Below, in pieces: positions 56,826 to 58,396 of a stretch of 58,396 bases of DNA (the stretch's first letter is position 1; each line of letters starts with the position of its first letter). The stretch comes from Vicinamibacteraceae bacterium. GTDB lineage: Bacteria > Acidobacteriota > Vicinamibacteria > Vicinamibacterales > UBA8438. Made by a program: the position numbers and the translations under genes. The notes beneath the pieces are model-generated. The model was not told where the DNA came from and ran no database searches. It saw only the letters and a program-made list of their open reading frames with translations. The stretch covers positions 1-58,396 of the forward strand of contig JAAXGX010000001.1 of NCBI GenBank assembly GCA_012271165.1, given 5' to 3'.

Positions 56826-57737
56826 ATGATGTCCAACCATCTCGACACTGTCGCGATTCTGGCAATAGGAATCCTGGCCATGGGGTCGCCCGGCCTCGCC
56901 CAGCCCCGGGATGCGGAGGCGCGGGACGCGGCCGCGGAGACGGCCGCGCGCCTGGCGCTGGAAACGTTCATCACGCAGTGGAATAGCGCCGACGACGCGA
57001 ACCTGCGCCGGGCGATGCACTTTCCCTTCGCGACGGTGCCCGGCGGCGGGGCGTTGATCGTCGACGCCCGGCCGGAGGACTTCTCGGCCGGCTTCGACGA
57101 GATGCGGGCACGCGAGGGGTGGAGTCGCAGCTCGTTCGACTTCGACTCGTTCGCAGTGGTCAGGTCCTCAGCCGCCAAGGTGCATGCGTCGATCGGCTTC
57201 AGCCGCCATGGCGCCGACGGCACCGCCTACCGCGCCTCGCGGGTGTTCTACATCGTCACCCGGCAGGACGACCGCTGGGCCATCCAGCTTCGGACCCCGG
57301 CCGCCGAGCCCGAGGATCTGGGCGGCGACGAGCGGGCGGAGATCGTCGCGGCGGCCCGCCGGGCGGTGCTGGACTTCTTCACCGCCTTCAATGCCGGCGA
57401 CGTCGACGGCACCGTCGCGATGCTCAACCACCCGCACCTGTTCATGACCCCCGGCGGCGGCTTCGCCGTGGCCGAGTCGCCCGCCGACGGCCCGCGTCCG
57501 AACTTCGACCGGATGCGCGCCGACGAAGGCTGGCACATGAGCACCATCGACGCCCTGGAGGCGAGCATCGTCACGCGCAACAAGGTGCACTTCGAGCTGA
57601 CCTTCACCCGTTGGCGCCCCGACGGCACCCGCTACTGGACCGTCCCTGCGCTGTGGATCGTGACCCGCACGGGAGACCACTGGGGCGTCCAGGTCCGCTC
57701 GCTCATGCCGGCCACCTTCGACGCGCGCGCCCGGTAG
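56826..57737 (+). CDS. Secreted protein with two tandem NTF2/SnoaL-like domains
   Basis: Signal peptide and internal duplication (FD.MRA.EGW, KVH, DGT.Y, IVTR..D.W..Q.R). Confidence 0.7.
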   Translation: MMSNHLDTVAILAIGILAMGSPGLAQPRDAEARDAAAETAARLALETFITQWNSADDANLRRAMHFPFATVPGGGALIVDARPEDFSAGFDEMRAREGWSRSSFDFDSFAVVRSSAAKVHASIGFSRHGADGTAYRASRVFYIVTRQDDRWAIQLRTPAAEPEDLGGDERAEIVAAARRAVLDFFTAFNAGDVDGTVAMLNHPHLFMTPGGGFAVAESPADGPRPNFDRMRADEGWHMSTIDALEASIVTRNKVHFELTFTRWRPDGTRYWTVPALWIVTRTGDHWGVQVRSLMPATFDARAR

Positions 57738-57803
57738 GCGTCGCCTTCCCGATAGATCCGCGACACGAAGGCCCACGCCCATGCCCGTAGCCCACGTCAG
57801 CCG

Positions 57804-58396
57804 TTGAAGTCGTTGGGACGTCCTGCAGGATTCACACTCGTTCGGACGCCGCTGGCGGCATTGATGGCGCCGGCTCTGGTCCTGTGGGCCCAGGCTTCCG
57901 CGCCGGCGCAGGACCAGCAGCCTGAACCGCTGCCGTCCACCACGCAGACCGGCCAGGACGCAACCGACCCGGGCGCCGCCACGGAAGCGCCCGCCGGGCG
58001 CCCCGGGCCGGACGGTTCGGCGCCGCCGCAATTCGACGACGAGGTCGTCGTCGTCGGCAGCCGGGCGCGGCCGCGGTCGGTCACCGACTCGACCGTGCCG
58101 ATCGACGTCATCCCGGCCACCGATCTCGTTCGCGGCGACTTCAATCTGGCCGATCAGTTGCGAGTCCTCCTGCCGTCCTTCCACGTCAACCCGCAGGAGG
58201 ACGGCGATCTGGGCGCGGTCGTCCGCCCGGCGAGCCTGCGGGGCCTGGCGCCCGACCATACGCTGGTGCTCGTCAACGGCAAGCGGCGCCACCGCGGGGC
58301 GGTCATCAACTGGCAGGGCAGCGGCGTGGCCGACGGGGCGCAGGGCCCTGACATCTCCACCATTCCCGCGATCGCGCTGCGGCAGGTCGAGGTGCT
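57804..58396 (+). CDS. TonB-dependent receptor (3' truncated by window edge)
   Basis: Manual translation: DEVVVVGSRARPRSVTDSTVPIDVI, RPASLRGLAPDHTLVLVNGKRRH, PDISTIPAIALRQVEV; start codon uncertain. Confidence 0.9.
   Translation, partial: MKSLGRPAGFTLVRTPLAALMAPALVLWAQASAPAQDQQPEPLPSTTQTGQDATDPGAATEAPAGRPGPDGSAPPQFDDEVVVVGSRARPRSVTDSTVPIDVIPATDLVRGDFNLADQLRVLLPSFHVNPQEDGDLGAVVRPASLRGLAPDHTLVLVNGKRRHRGAVINWQGSGVADGAQGPDISTIPAIALRQVEV

Overview
High-GC bacterial chromosomal segment; the gene content (DUF1552 plus ankyrin, VWA protein, DUF2911, DUF5916, TonB receptor) suggests Acidobacteriota, which is an inference. Most of the window is housekeeping: der, HU/IHF, priA, udg, coaBC, gmk, yicC, an MsbA-like exporter, a polysaccharide cluster, hflX, tsaC, glpX, iscS-mnmA, trxB, hemE-hemG, tRNA-Pro(GGG) and tRNA-Lys(UUU). 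The main observation is a 3808-bp element carrying an apparently intact P4-type tyrosine integrase, inserted inside a Tat-signal epoxide hydrolase gene. It is bounded by an 8-bp direct repeat (TCCATGCT, 2992-2999 and 6800-6807), and recombination between the two copies restores a continuous 439-aa reading frame, so it is a candidate excision-controlled gene switch. Also notable: a mosaic of decayed phage/defence fragments beside tRNA-Pro; a 162-bp MITE inserted at the hemE/hemG junction that separates hemG from its probable start codon; a degenerate copy of the same MITE end forming the C-terminal tail of the MsbA-like protein; a structured intergenic repeat family; and an unannotated basic ORF between glpX and tsaC. 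All calls come from reading the sequence and recognising motifs; no database searches were run.
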